Below are positions 23,234 through 33,023 of a stretch of 64,000 bases of DNA, piece by piece. The stretch's first letter is position 1, and every line of letters begins with the position of its first letter. This DNA is from Candidatus Woesearchaeota archaeon (lineage in GTDB: Archaea; Nanobdellota; Nanobdellia; Woesearchaeales; JAFGLG01). The notes under the pieces were generated by a model. That model had not been told where the DNA came from and made no database searches. It saw only the letters and a program-made list of their open reading frames with translations. A program made the translations under genes and the position numbers. The stretch covers positions 128,340 through 192,339 of the forward strand of contig JAFGLG010000005.1 in the NCBI GenBank assembly GCA_016928155.1, written 5' to 3'.

Positions 23234-23998
23234 ATGGACAAGAAGATCGGACAGAATTTCCTCAAGAACACTGATATCGCAGGAAAAATAGTGAAGGCTC
23301 TTGAGCTCAAAAAGGGAGAGAATGTGCTGGAGATAGGCCCAGGAAAAGGAATCCTGACAAGGATAGTCTCAAGAACAAACAAGATCACAGGGGTAGAGCT
23401 GGACAAAAGCCTGGAGCTGCATATCCCAAACACAGATATCATCTATGGCAACTTCCTCGAGACAGAGCTTGATGGGTTCGACAAGATAATCTCAAACCTG
23501 CCCTATGACATAACAGAGCCCTTCTTTGTCAGGCTGAAGAGCATGAGATTCAAGAAAGGTGTGTTCATGATCGGAGAGAACTTCTATGGGATCATCAAAG
23601 ACAGGATCGGCAGGATGGGAAACATGATATGGGCTTATTTCGATGTCGAGCATATCATGGAAGTAAGCAAGAAGGAATTCTACCCACAGCCCAAGACCAG
23701 ATCCGATGTGATATCTGTCATCCCGATCCCAAAGCAGGACATCAAGGAAAGCAAAAGGAGATTCTACAGAGAGATATTTGACCAGGATGACAAAAAGCTC
23801 AAGAATGCACTGCGGGAAGCCCTGACAAGGATAGGCATGACAAAAAGAGAAGCAAAAGAGGATATCGGAAAACACTTCCTGCCAACACTTGATTTCTCTG
23901 AAAAAAAAGTGGATATGCTGAGCAACAGCGAGATGCAGAGATTAGATGGATGCATAACAAAAGCGATAAAAAACAAAAAAATCAATATCTCCTCCTGA
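23234..23998 (+). CDS. ksgA: 16S rRNA adenine dimethyltransferase (KsgA/Dim1)
   Basis: GQNFL, EIGPGKG, SNLPY, FYPQP. Confidence 0.9.
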   Translation: MDKKIGQNFLKNTDIAGKIVKALELKKGENVLEIGPGKGILTRIVSRTNKITGVELDKSLELHIPNTDIIYGNFLETELDGFDKIISNLPYDITEPFFVRLKSMRFKKGVFMIGENFYGIIKDRIGRMGNMIWAYFDVEHIMEVSKKEFYPQPKTRSDVISVIPIPKQDIKESKRRFYREIFDQDDKKLKNALREALTRIGMTKREAKEDIGKHFLPTLDFSEKKVDMLSNSEMQRLDGCITKAIKNKKINISS

Positions 23999-24605
23999 CT
24001 GCAAAAAATACGAGAATACAGCAAGTGAAAGTGAACAAGGCAGTCAGCAATGAGAACTCCGGAGCCTGGCTCGATACAGAATTCAAGTAACCCGGGGTTC
24101 CGCCATTCTCAGTTGATTCAAGCCACGACGTGCTGGCATTATTGTCCAGAGAAGCATCAATGAGCTCCAATGTATAATTGCTGGCACCGCCCCATGAGCT
24201 GTTGTAGAACACAGAGTCCATGACCAAATCTGATGCATCCCTCATCTCCAGGAGCTCTCCTGTGTTTGACAGGGAGCTCCATGTGGAATCAAAAAGTGTT
24301 CCTGAGAATGAAGGGAAATCCAGCAGGAACTGGTCAGCATCATCAGTGATTATAGCGTATGAACCGGCAGGAAGAGTGCCTGAGCCCTGGATTAGTGTAA
24401 GGGAATGAGCTGATCCACCCTCGTAGAACCTGAACCCTGTCATGTCGACAGAGGTCTGCTCATTGAAGAGCTCCACCCATTCATGACCTGAATCAGTGCC
24501 TGCCGGATCATACATAATCTCGTTTATCACGAGAGCATGAACAAAACCTGCAAATAATATCATTGAAAACACAAAAATCAGCATCTTCAGTCTTGGTTTT
24601 ATCAT
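23982..24605 (-). CDS. Lamin-tail-domain surface protein with PEF-CTERM-like sorting signal
   Basis: Signal peptide; VINEIMYDP...EWVELFN...LSNTGE...GTPG (LTD); C-terminal APEF + TM helix + RRRY. Confidence 0.85.
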   Translation of the reverse strand: MIKPRLKMLIFVFSMILFAGFVHALVINEIMYDPAGTDSGHEWVELFNEQTSVDMTGFRFYEGGSAHSLTLIQGSGTLPAGSYAIITDDADQFLLDFPSFSGTLFDSTWSSLSNTGELLEMRDASDLVMDSVFYNSSWGGASNYTLELIDASLDNNASTSWLESTENGGTPGYLNSVSSQAPEFSLLTALFTFTCCILVFFAVRRRY

Positions 24606-24760
24606 AAAATCACCCTTGAAAATCAAAAGGCATGGGATTTAATATCCTTTTCTGGCCAGAATCCAGAAAGGTTTTCCTGATATGGGAAACCCTCTGTCTG
24701 CTGTGAAATTATTCTGGAAAAAATCCCGAAAATCAGAAGTTCTCCGGAAAACGTGCCGTC

Positions 24761-25186
24761 TCAACGCATCATCCTCGCCAAAAAGACAGAAAGGACAGAG
24801 ATGAAAAAAACTGATGATAACGCCGACAAGAACAATGAAATGATCCTGAGGAAATCCTGCGTAAAACTCACAAAAAGGCCATGCGGCAGAAAGGCAGGAG
24901 ATATCAGTAGCATGAGCAGGATCGAGATGACATACGGATTCATGCCGAATCTGGCAATCGGGATTGACCGGGTGCATATCAATGCAGATGATATTATCAG
25001 GATACTCGCAGACAATATCAGCATATGGAACCTGACAGGGAAGATGCCTTTGATGAACAACCACAGCAGCCAGCAGAAAATTCCGGAGTGCGATACAACA
25101 AGGAAATCCTTCACCTTCTCCTTCATGAGCAGCCTGCCGAGGACAAGCAGAGAGACCAGGAAGAGAGCTGAGACAATGTATATCAA
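24761..25186 (-). CDS. Membrane hypothetical protein
   Basis: About five hydrophobic segments; ATGA overlap with the upstream ORF. Confidence 0.5.
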   Translation of the reverse strand: MIYIVSALFLVSLLVLGRLLMKEKVKDFLVVSHSGIFCWLLWLFIKGIFPVRFHMLILSASILIISSALICTRSIPIARFGMNPYVISILLMLLISPAFLPHGLFVSFTQDFLRIISLFLSALSSVFFISVLSVFLARMMR

Positions 25187-25374
25187 GCGAACCCACCGAC
25201 AAAACCCTTGATGAGAATCAGCAGAACAATGAAGCCTGATGACAAGACTATATGGAGGAAGAGCCTTGAGGAATCCTCACCACCCCTGCGGACCTGCAGG
25301 AGCTCGACTGCCACGGATACCAGCACCAGATAGACAAGACAATATGCTTCAGGAGACATGGATATATCAATCAC
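25183..25374 (-). CDS. Small membrane protein
   Basis: Two hydrophobic segments; stop overlaps the next start. Confidence 0.45.
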   Translation of the reverse strand: MIDISMSPEAYCLVYLVLVSVAVELLQVRRGGEDSSRLFLHIVLSSGFIVLLILIKGFVGGFA

Positions 25375-25443
25375 CTATGGATTCATTAATCTTAGGCATG
25401 AAAAACCGGAAATTTTTTATATCTGGGATGCCAGGATCATGAC

Positions 25444-26139
25444 ATGCTGAAAACACCAATAATCATGATCAATTTCAAGGCATATGAACAGGCGATCGGG
25501 GACAAGGGTGTGCAGCTGGCGCAGATCTGCGAGATGGTGTCAGTCAAGAGGAACATACCCATCGCGGTCGCTGTGCAGACAGCAGACATCTACAAGATGA
25601 GCCACACAGTCAACATACCTGTGCTTGCGCAGCATGTCGACGCTGACGAATTCGGAAGCCACACAGGAAGCGATATTGCCGAGGACATAGAGCAGAACGG
25701 GGCTGTGGGCACACTCCTCAACCATTCAGAGCACAGGATGAGGATCGATGTGCTTGAGCAGAGCATTGACCGGGCAAAAAAAGCAGGGCTTGCTACAATT
25801 GTGTGCGCCAACACACCAGAGATTGCAGAGGCAGTTGCTGTATTCTCTCCTGATTTCATCGCAGTCGAGCCGCCAGAGCTGATCGGTGGGACCATTTCTG
25901 TGTCTTCGGCAAAGCCTGAAGTGATCACAGAGACAGTGAAGCTCGTAAGGAAGGTGGATAAGAGAATCAAGATATTGTGCGGAGCAGGAGTCCACACAGC
26001 AGAAGATGTGAGGATTGCGCTGAAACTTGGGACTGACGGAGTGCTTCTTGCATCAGGGATCACAAAGGCATCTGATCCTGCAAGTGTCCTGAATGAGCTG
26101 TGCGACGGCATAAGGAAACCCCTTCTCAAACAGGTATAG
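25444..26139 (+). CDS. tpiA: Triosephosphate isomerase (archaeal type)
   Basis: INFKAY, LLNHSE, AVEPPELIG, GVLLASG. Confidence 0.96.
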   Translation: MLKTPIIMINFKAYEQAIGDKGVQLAQICEMVSVKRNIPIAVAVQTADIYKMSHTVNIPVLAQHVDADEFGSHTGSDIAEDIEQNGAVGTLLNHSEHRMRIDVLEQSIDRAKKAGLATIVCANTPEIAEAVAVFSPDFIAVEPPELIGGTISVSSAKPEVITETVKLVRKVDKRIKILCGAGVHTAEDVRIALKLGTDGVLLASGITKASDPASVLNELCDGIRKPLLKQV

Positions 26140-26199
26140 ACAATTAGGACTACCCTAAAATAGTAAATTATATAAATATCTATTATTGCCTACTGACAC

Positions 26200-26637
26200 A
26201 TGGATCTTGTCAACATAATAAGGGAATCAGAACCGATCCTCGCAGAGCTTGGACAAGCTACGGCAGTAGGCCTGCCAGCATATATAGGAATGTGCGCATT
26301 GAGGGGCGCACGCAGAGGGACTGATGTGATACAGCAGTTTGCAAGCCCGATAAACATAGGTGTTGGACTGGCTGCAGCAATAGTCTATGCATATTTTCAT
26401 GAGTTAGATATGACTGCACTGCATCACACCTCAGGCATGGTATGGCAGCTGACAGGAGCAGGGGCAGCAGGGGCTGCAATGGGCAGTGTGATAAGACCAT
26501 TCTACAGGGCGACATTAAACCAGGCACAAGGGTTCATCGCAGACTTTCCGCAGAACTCCCCGCGCGGTGCAGCAATCGGAGCAGCAATCGGACCTGTATT
26601 GTACGGGATAGCACATGGGCTCATGAAGTACCTGTGA
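26200..26637 (+). CDS. Gly/Ala-rich membrane protein
   Basis: Multiple hydrophobic GxxxG-type segments. Confidence 0.6.
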   Translation: MDLVNIIRESEPILAELGQATAVGLPAYIGMCALRGARRGTDVIQQFASPINIGVGLAAAIVYAYFHELDMTALHHTSGMVWQLTGAGAAGAAMGSVIRPFYRATLNQAQGFIADFPQNSPRGAAIGAAIGPVLYGIAHGLMKYL

Positions 26638-26658
26638 GAACATCACAGAACCAAGACA

Positions 26659-27198
26659 CTACTTGACTTCCACATAGATCTTCTTCACAGGAGCATACTC
26701 ATTGCCCCCATCATATGTGACAAAGGCATCAATGACATAAGTGCAGGCCATAGTCTCCTTCTTCGCCCTTACAGCGACGAGAAATATGAACTGGTCATTG
26801 TTCCTTATCGGCTGGGAGATGACAAGGCTCTGGGATGCTGTGGTGATCTCCAAGGAAGTGGCATCGCACCCCGCAATGGATTTTGGGACTAAAGTCAGGG
26901 TGAATGTGTTCTCTGGGGCCGTGTTCAGCACATTGAGCACGCCGACACCATAGGTCGCGACCTCTGCCTTGCTTATCTCCTTCCTGTTGACAGGAACAGC
27001 AACCTTGCTCCCGTCATAGAGCAGGGACTTTATCTCTCTCTCAGTGGCGGTGTCAAGCTGGAGCTTCAGGGATTCGGCTTTCGTGAAGAACTTGGCCATC
27101 AGATAGAAGCTGCCGCTCAATATGACAATAGAAAGTATCATTATCGTCAGGAAGTTTATCGATAGTTCAAAACCCTTCTTAGATGTCAGCATTGGCAA
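26659..27198 (-). CDS. Pilin-like protein with class III signal peptide
   Basis: KKG|FELSINFLTIMILSIVIL prepilin-peptidase-type N-terminus. Confidence 0.75.
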   Translation of the reverse strand: MPMLTSKKGFELSINFLTIMILSIVILSGSFYLMAKFFTKAESLKLQLDTATEREIKSLLYDGSKVAVPVNRKEISKAEVATYGVGVLNVLNTAPENTFTLTLVPKSIAGCDATSLEITTASQSLVISQPIRNNDQFIFLVAVRAKKETMACTYVIDAFVTYDGGNEYAPVKKIYVEVK

Positions 27199-28609
27199 AG
27201 TTCACCTTTGATCTGAACTGGTATTCCTTTATCTCATCAAACACATTCTCCATCTGGCCGCCGAATTTCGAATACTGATATGCACAGTGCACCCTGACCT
27301 TGACCTGCTTCTGGGACTCCTCATCCTCACCCAGAGGAAAATTCACAGGGATGCTGAAGGACTTCATGTCCCTTATCGACTGCAGGGTATTTTCAGAGAA
27401 CAGATCAATCTTGCCCAAGAGCAGCTCCCCTTCGACAAGCTCTATCTTATTTATCGTGACAACAGTGGCAAGATCAGGTGAAACAGACACAAGCTCAAGC
27501 TTTATGTCAAAAGAGTCCTTGTTGACATTGAACGGATCATTGAAATTTGACTCCATGTTTATCTTGAACTTCGTGTACGAAAGCTCTGCCGAAAGCGTGC
27601 TGAGGCTCTGCTGGGCAAGCTTCGACTGACAGTCATTCTGGTAGCAGACAGCTGTCATATGGTCTGAGATCTGCCCATCGCACGGCCCGCAGTCGCCCGG
27701 ACAGGAACACTTGTTCTCATTCGATTCGCAGATGAAGTTGCCGCACCTGTTGGGTATAGGATCATGGGTGCAGAGCAGAGTTCCCTCGATGCACTCATCC
27801 TTTGTAGCCGGATTATTGTCATTGCAGTCCACATCATCACAGACATATACCCTGGTCGGGACCAGGAAATTATATTGTGCAGATGCTTTCTCAGTGAAGG
27901 AATCCCTCACAGTCTTCTCTGAACCGAAAGATGTCTTCCTGTATTCATAGAAAACCTTTACGGCGAGTGTCTGGAGACTTTCAGGCTGAGGGAAATCACA
28001 GGTTGCTATTATCTCTGTTTTCATAGATGCGCCAGGACCCCACATCGGCCTGTTCAGCTCCTTCTCACCAATGACAAACTCCTTGGCTGCAAAACCTGTG
28101 CCTGAAGAGCCCAGTACCTGGATCTTCGATATCATGAAATCCTCTATGCCATCTGACATATCGGTTATCTCGAGCTCCACATCAAAGACAGAGGACTTGA
28201 CATCAAAAGGCTGGTCAAGAGTCATCTTGATGTCTGTCTTGAAATCAAAAGTCGACTTGGCGAAGGTGACAGGAGTCCTTGTCTTGCTTCCCTTGACATC
28301 AAGCGCGCATTGGTCATTATCCGGACCGCAGCTGTATTCAAGGCCGGTAAAAGCAGTCGCATTACCTTTAGGACCGCACTTGCCGCAGTCGACCATGCAT
28401 GTGCATTCGTTCTCAGAATCCTCGCATACCTTGTTCCCACAGCAGTTCTGCTGAGGACTATACACACATTTTCCGTCAACACATGAGGAATCAAAGCATG
28501 TCTTTGCCTGGCAATCGCTTTTCTTCTCGCACTCCTTGCCGCCGCAGCCAGATAGGATTACAGAGAAAACTAGGATTACAAGAAAAAAAATGAAAATCTT
28601 ACGGTTCAT
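27179..28609 (-). CDS. Cys-rich surface lipoprotein with internal duplication
   Basis: ILSGC lipobox; CCGNKVCE...DCGKC and RCGNFICE...DCGPC modules, each followed by a similar beta domain (PFDVKSSVFDVELE / PFNVNKDSFDIKLE). Confidence 0.78.
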   Translation of the reverse strand: MNRKIFIFFLVILVFSVILSGCGGKECEKKSDCQAKTCFDSSCVDGKCVYSPQQNCCGNKVCEDSENECTCMVDCGKCGPKGNATAFTGLEYSCGPDNDQCALDVKGSKTRTPVTFAKSTFDFKTDIKMTLDQPFDVKSSVFDVELEITDMSDGIEDFMISKIQVLGSSGTGFAAKEFVIGEKELNRPMWGPGASMKTEIIATCDFPQPESLQTLAVKVFYEYRKTSFGSEKTVRDSFTEKASAQYNFLVPTRVYVCDDVDCNDNNPATKDECIEGTLLCTHDPIPNRCGNFICESNENKCSCPGDCGPCDGQISDHMTAVCYQNDCQSKLAQQSLSTLSAELSYTKFKINMESNFNDPFNVNKDSFDIKLELVSVSPDLATVVTINKIELVEGELLLGKIDLFSENTLQSIRDMKSFSIPVNFPLGEDEESQKQVKVRVHCAYQYSKFGGQMENVFDEIKEYQFRSKVNFANADI

Positions 28610-28833
28610 TTTAGGAATTCATATTCCTTAATGATCAGGACCATGAAAAGCACAAGCACAATCGCTCCTGCAACCATATAAGTCAATCCAGACATGATCT
28701 GATCAGTGTTGCCGGTCCTCATGATCCAGACACCTGCAGCCATGATACCAAAACCAAGCCAAAGGAACTTGTCAAGGACAAGCTTCATGATCTCAAATTC
28801 CTGGGCAGCTGAAAGCCTTTTCTTCATCTTCAT
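28606..28833 (-). CDS. Small two-TM membrane protein
   Basis: QEFEIMKLVLDKFLW followed by two TM helices; operonic overlaps. Confidence 0.7.
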   Translation of the reverse strand: MKMKKRLSAAQEFEIMKLVLDKFLWLGFGIMAAGVWIMRTGNTDQIMSGLTYMVAGAIVLVLFMVLIIKEYEFLK

Positions 28834-28838
28834 GGATA

Positions 28839-29318
28839 TCACCTTACATCAAATGTTATCTGAGTCGAGGCAATGGGCCCCTGAACCGCGTGCACAGACT
28901 GGATAGTACATACAACCAGACCCTCAGGCAGTGAGTTCTGGGATATGATAATCCTGAAAGTCTTGTCTGTCCCGGAATCAACGTTCTGAGGCTCACCCTG
29001 GACCTGATATGTGCCGCATGTCAGGAACGGAACAATAGGAGCTGTCTCGAATGAGTTGTATATCTGTATTGTCAGGGCAGTCGCCTTGGCCCTCTGGACA
29101 CTTATCTGGTCACCAGAAGGAGTGACAATCGGCTCTTCAGCGCTTGCCGGCAAATCAGGTTCCGGGACATAAAGCGTCTGGCCGAACTTGGTGAACATCC
29201 TCTTAGTGAATGCGATACCAAGCCCCAACATTGTAATCGCGAGAACAAGAATAACAATAGCATTGATAGAGAGCTCCATAGAACCTGCTCTTCTTAGCTT
29301 ACCGCTAAAGATTTTCAT
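28839..29318 (-). CDS. Pilin-like protein with class III signal peptide
   Basis: RRAG|SMELSINAIVILVLAITMLGLG; GAGGTGA SD. Confidence 0.75.
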   Translation of the reverse strand: MKIFSGKLRRAGSMELSINAIVILVLAITMLGLGIAFTKRMFTKFGQTLYVPEPDLPASAEEPIVTPSGDQISVQRAKATALTIQIYNSFETAPIVPFLTCGTYQVQGEPQNVDSGTDKTFRIIISQNSLPEGLVVCTIQSVHAVQGPIASTQITFDVR

Positions 29319-29420
29319 TCAACTTCACCTCTTTTGCCTGACAAAATAATCATAATCAACCAGTTACAAATGGGGTTGGTGCTTTATAAAGGTTTTGATA
29401 ATTGCAGTATATTTTATACA

Positions 29421-29582
29421 GGCTCTGTCCGGAATCTCGCTAACGCTAGGGTTAGTGGCTTCAAAGTCCCTGTTAAAACCAATCCAAAGCTGACATTTCC
29501 CGTAGGGAGCTCCTTTGTCAGCCAGAAAATCACTCATTAGGACTTTGACCCGATGCCACTAACCTACATTCCGGACAGAGCC
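29421..29582. mobile_element. MITE (non-autonomous IS derivative), 162 bp
   Basis: Perfect 15-bp TIRs GGCTCTGTCCGGAAT / ATTCCGGACAGAGCC, flanked by 9-bp direct repeat TTTTATACA (29412-29420 and 29583-29591); no ORF. Confidence 0.88.
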
Positions 29583-29707
29583 TTTTATACAGAAACATTT
29601 AAATGCAGAGAATCTCTTGATTTTCTTATTTAAAGGATGGGGGATCACAGGAATTTCCAATACCTTTAAAAACAAGCCCTTTTCATCAGAAAAACCAGGT
29701 AACAAAT

Positions 29708-30229
29708 ATGGCACGAATAAGGAAATTTTGCGCATACAGACGCCTTGAAAGGCCTTACACCCGAAAAAGCAAGTACAGGGAGAAGAGCTATGTAAGAGCA
29801 TCTCCGGTATGCAAGGTGGTGAGATTCCACATGGGCAACCTGCAAAAGAAATTCCCTTTCTCACTCAGACTTATCTCAAAGAGCAGCCTTCAGATCAGGG
29901 ACAATGCAATTGAATCTGCAAGGCAGATCAGCAACAAGGCCCTTGAAAAGAAGCTCGGCAAGACAGGATTCCAGATGATCATCAAAGTCTATCCTCATCA
30001 CATACTGAGGGAGAATCCCCTGGCAGCAGGTGCAGGAGCAGACAGGATGAGCACGGGGATGGCCCACAGCTTCGGAAAGGCGATAGGCATCGCAGCCAGG
30101 GTGAAGAAAGGGCAGACACTCATCCATGTTTTTGTCGAGAAAGATCATGTGCCTGTCGCCAAACAGGCCCTGAAGCTCGCAGGATCAAAGCTCCCGTGCT
30201 CGACATCCATAGTGATCGACAAAGCTTGA
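29708..30229 (+). CDS. rpl10e: 50S ribosomal protein L10e (uL16)
   Basis: RPYTR, QIRDNAIESAR, YPHHILREN...GAGADR...GM...FGK. Confidence 0.96.
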   Translation: MARIRKFCAYRRLERPYTRKSKYREKSYVRASPVCKVVRFHMGNLQKKFPFSLRLISKSSLQIRDNAIESARQISNKALEKKLGKTGFQMIIKVYPHHILRENPLAAGAGADRMSTGMAHSFGKAIGIAARVKKGQTLIHVFVEKDHVPVAKQALKLAGSKLPCSTSIVIDKA

Positions 30230-30249
30230 GCTTTTAAGAGGTGGAGCAA

Positions 30250-31350
30250 ATGCTTAACAACACATTATTCACTAATATCACACAAGGTTCTCTGGTCAGA
30301 TATGAATCATACCTTTCAAACCCTATTGTGCAGGCAAAATATCTCATGGCACTGTGCATATTTGTCGGCTTCTGGATAATATCTGAAGCAATACTCTTCA
30401 TCACCAGAAAATATGTAGAGGCACTGTTCGCCAAGACAGAGACAGATGTCGATGACAGGCTCATAGCAAAGACAAAGAGGCCCATAGCATGGTGGCTGAG
30501 GATAGTGGGCCTGAGACTCGGCATTTCTTACCTTGCGTATGAAGGGACGTTAGAAGTCATACTTGAAAGATTGCTTGATACATTGCACATAATACTTTTC
30601 ATGTATATCCTTATCGCATTATTCAATGCATTCATAGAGTTCTTCGGACACAAATGGGCAAAGAAATCAAAGACCTCACTTGATGATCAGCTTCTGCCAT
30701 TAGTGCACAGGATAATGTCAATAATCATGGCAGTCATCGGAGTCATATGGATAATCAAGACATGGGGAGTCGAGATAACACCCTTCCTTGCATCACTAGG
30801 TATTGCCGGCTTGGCCATATCATTCGCATTTCAGGATGCGCTCAAGAACATCATCGGCGGCGTTGCGCTGATACTTGACAAGAACTTCAACCTGAACGAC
30901 AGCGTCAGGTTAAGTTCTGGAGAGACAGGCAGGGTGAGGGAGATAGGCCTCCGCAGCACAAAGATACAATCATGGGATGGCGAACTGATAATAATCCCTA
31001 ACGGTGTGCTCTCAAATGCGACCATCTGGAATGTCGATCTCCCCCACAAGAAGCTCAGGGTAGTTGTGAATGCCGGTGTGGCTTATGGCAGCGATATCGA
31101 CAAGGTCAAGAAGATCATAATGAAAGAGATCAAGACAGTGAAGGACATTGTCGATGATCCAGCACCTTATATAGAATTTACCGGCATGGGGGACTTTGCA
31201 TTGAACATTGCAGTCAAGGTCTGGATACCCAACTCATCGGTCAAGATAGAAGTAAAGGATGAGCTGACAACAAAGATATACAATGCATTCAAGAAGAACA
31301 GGATAGAGATACCCTTCCCGACAAGGACCATCTATACCAAGAAGGGTTAA
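30250..31350 (+). CDS. mscS: Small-conductance mechanosensitive channel
   Basis: ASLGIAGLAISFAFQD, IGLRST, IPN, VAYGSD, IEIPFP. Confidence 0.93.
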   Translation: MLNNTLFTNITQGSLVRYESYLSNPIVQAKYLMALCIFVGFWIISEAILFITRKYVEALFAKTETDVDDRLIAKTKRPIAWWLRIVGLRLGISYLAYEGTLEVILERLLDTLHIILFMYILIALFNAFIEFFGHKWAKKSKTSLDDQLLPLVHRIMSIIMAVIGVIWIIKTWGVEITPFLASLGIAGLAISFAFQDALKNIIGGVALILDKNFNLNDSVRLSSGETGRVREIGLRSTKIQSWDGELIIIPNGVLSNATIWNVDLPHKKLRVVVNAGVAYGSDIDKVKKIIMKEIKTVKDIVDDPAPYIEFTGMGDFALNIAVKVWIPNSSVKIEVKDELTTKIYNAFKKNRIEIPFPTRTIYTKKG

Positions 31351-31381
31351 TTTTTTATATTTAGACATATTCTGATAGGGC

Positions 31382-31552
31382 ATGGACGAGCTAAAAACCA
31401 ACTTCAAGGTCCCTGAAGGCCATGTATGCCAGGGCTGTCTTAAGTATGAGCAGTTCGGCCCAAAATGCTGGGTCTACTGGGAGAAGAAGAAGATCTGCAC
31501 GCACAGGGTCGTGAATGTGGATGAGCTTTCTATGGAAAAGATGATGAAGTAA
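31382..31552 (+). CDS. Small Cys-rich putative metal-binding protein (56 aa, not in ORF track)
   Basis: MDELKTNFKVPEGHVCQGCLKYEQFGPKCWVYWEKKKICTH...; TATA-like TTTTATAT about 25 nt upstream. Confidence 0.6.
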   Translation: MDELKTNFKVPEGHVCQGCLKYEQFGPKCWVYWEKKKICTHRVVNVDELSMEKMMK

Positions 31553-31964
31553 GTCTTGAGTCAATAATCTTCATTAGCTTACTTATAATCTCCTTTAGTT
31601 TCTCTTCGTTCCTCCTAAGATATTCTTTTGGGACAAACCTGCCCTCATAAACCACCTGATTCCTCTTTATGCGCATTTGATCAATCAGGGCTATCTCAGA
31701 TTCAATGAAGTCATTATAAAACTTACCAAGATACAGGACCAGTGCCTCATGACTTACTGTCTTGAATCCATCTATGGCCATCAGCGCAACAATCAACTCC
31801 TTAATAATCTTATAATATTTCTCAACAACTAAAGAAGGATATCTATCATGATCAATATTATTGGCTTCGATCCTGGCATTAGCCATCTTTAAAATGGATC
31901 TGGACTTTGCTATGTCAGGAGAGACCTTATAAACCATATGCTCAATATCATTCCATGTTTTCAT
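31530..31964 (-). CDS. HEPN domain protein (toxin of MNT-HEPN pair)
   Basis: YY..I..L..AL....GF...SHE and RIKRNQVVY; downstream of an MNT gene. Confidence 0.8.
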   Translation of the reverse strand: MKTWNDIEHMVYKVSPDIAKSRSILKMANARIEANNIDHDRYPSLVVEKYYKIIKELIVALMAIDGFKTVSHEALVLYLGKFYNDFIESEIALIDQMRIKRNQVVYEGRFVPKEYLRRNEEKLKEIISKLMKIIDSRLTSSSFP

Positions 31965-32029
31965 GATTGATAAAGATAATCAGAATTATTATGCCTTTTG
32001 CAGATTTATCGAGCAGAAATCTTCAAAAA

Positions 32030-32551
32030 TCACAGCATATCCAGGTATCCTGAAAGAACAATTCCATTTGCCAAAGAATTTCGGAATTCTTCTGAAAGTT
32101 CTTTAGGATTTTCGGCGAAGAAAAGATTTATATCTCTATTTAGTGTTTTTTCGTACTGGGACAAATCCATGTCCTGTTCTTTTGCCTGAAGGAAAATATC
32201 AATATCGCTCCCTTCATGATCCTGACCCTTTGATGCAGAGCCGAACAAGAGAATCACATTTGGATGAAGACTATCATTCAGATGCTCTATCAATCCGGTC
32301 TCATGCAGCCTTAGGATCATGTCATTTCTCTTGTATAACTGGAATCTTTCTTCAGGATTTGCTTTATAGCTCGGGTATGTCGTGACCTTTTGTTTTCTTA
32401 TGAAGCCATCCTTCTCCAATGCCTTCAGATGATTCCTGACTGTGGGCAGTGTGAGGTTTGTCTTTCTGCAGACCTCTCTTATCTGGAATAATCCGGTGGG
32501 ATAATCAAAGAATAAACGCAGGATCCTGTATCTGGTATAATTTTGTATCAT
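32030..32551 (-). CDS. HTH-minimal nucleotidyltransferase (MNT) antitoxin
   Basis: N-terminal wHTH; FGSASKG...SDIDIF (GS-x10-DxD). Confidence 0.88.
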   Translation of the reverse strand: MIQNYTRYRILRLFFDYPTGLFQIREVCRKTNLTLPTVRNHLKALEKDGFIRKQKVTTYPSYKANPEERFQLYKRNDMILRLHETGLIEHLNDSLHPNVILLFGSASKGQDHEGSDIDIFLQAKEQDMDLSQYEKTLNRDINLFFAENPKELSEEFRNSLANGIVLSGYLDML

Positions 32552-32630
32552 GTGATATAGAAATGTAGCAGTTGTTTATAAAGGTTTTGATTTTCCCTGA
32601 AAATATTTTTGAAAAACAGGTGCTGAAGAA

Positions 32631-32954
32631 CTATTGATTCATCTCTGCCTTTGCTCTGTTTTTCTCATGCACATCCTGTCTTGTTGTTTGCCAATAAAGA
32701 TCCTTGAATTTTCTTGCTGATGGATTTGACATGTCAAGCCTGAACATCTTTGCCTTGCCGACTCTTCTTGTCATTTTGACAATGCCTGCTGATTCCAGCT
32801 TGCTCCAGAACAATTTCAGAGTAGAATAACCGACACCTGAAAGGCTTGAAATGTCTGTCATGCTGTAGTCAAATTCCTCATTGACAACCAAGAAATCCAT
32901 GACTCTAAGAATCGGGGAATCTCCAAAAATCTCTAGGAATATTGATTTATGCAT
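32631..32954 (-). CDS. Winged-HTH protein, paralog of 12347-12691
   Basis: FGDSPILRVMDFL...FDYS...TRRVGKAKMFRL aligns by eye with LGDDPRIKVLDYM...FDYT...TRSIGNGTLYRL. Confidence 0.8.
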   Translation of the reverse strand: MHKSIFLEIFGDSPILRVMDFLVVNEEFDYSMTDISSLSGVGYSTLKLFWSKLESAGIVKMTRRVGKAKMFRLDMSNPSARKFKDLYWQTTRQDVHEKNRAKAEMNQ

Positions 32955-33023
32955 AACATTTGGAGGATGAGTTCGGTATATAAATATTACTATCTTTGGC
33001 TTTTAATGGCTATTTCTAAAAAT

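Noticed and set aside
29421-29582. SRP RNA or 6S-like RNA
   Set aside because: No SRP helix 8 motif; the exact 9-bp flanking duplication and IS-like ends fit a MITE better.
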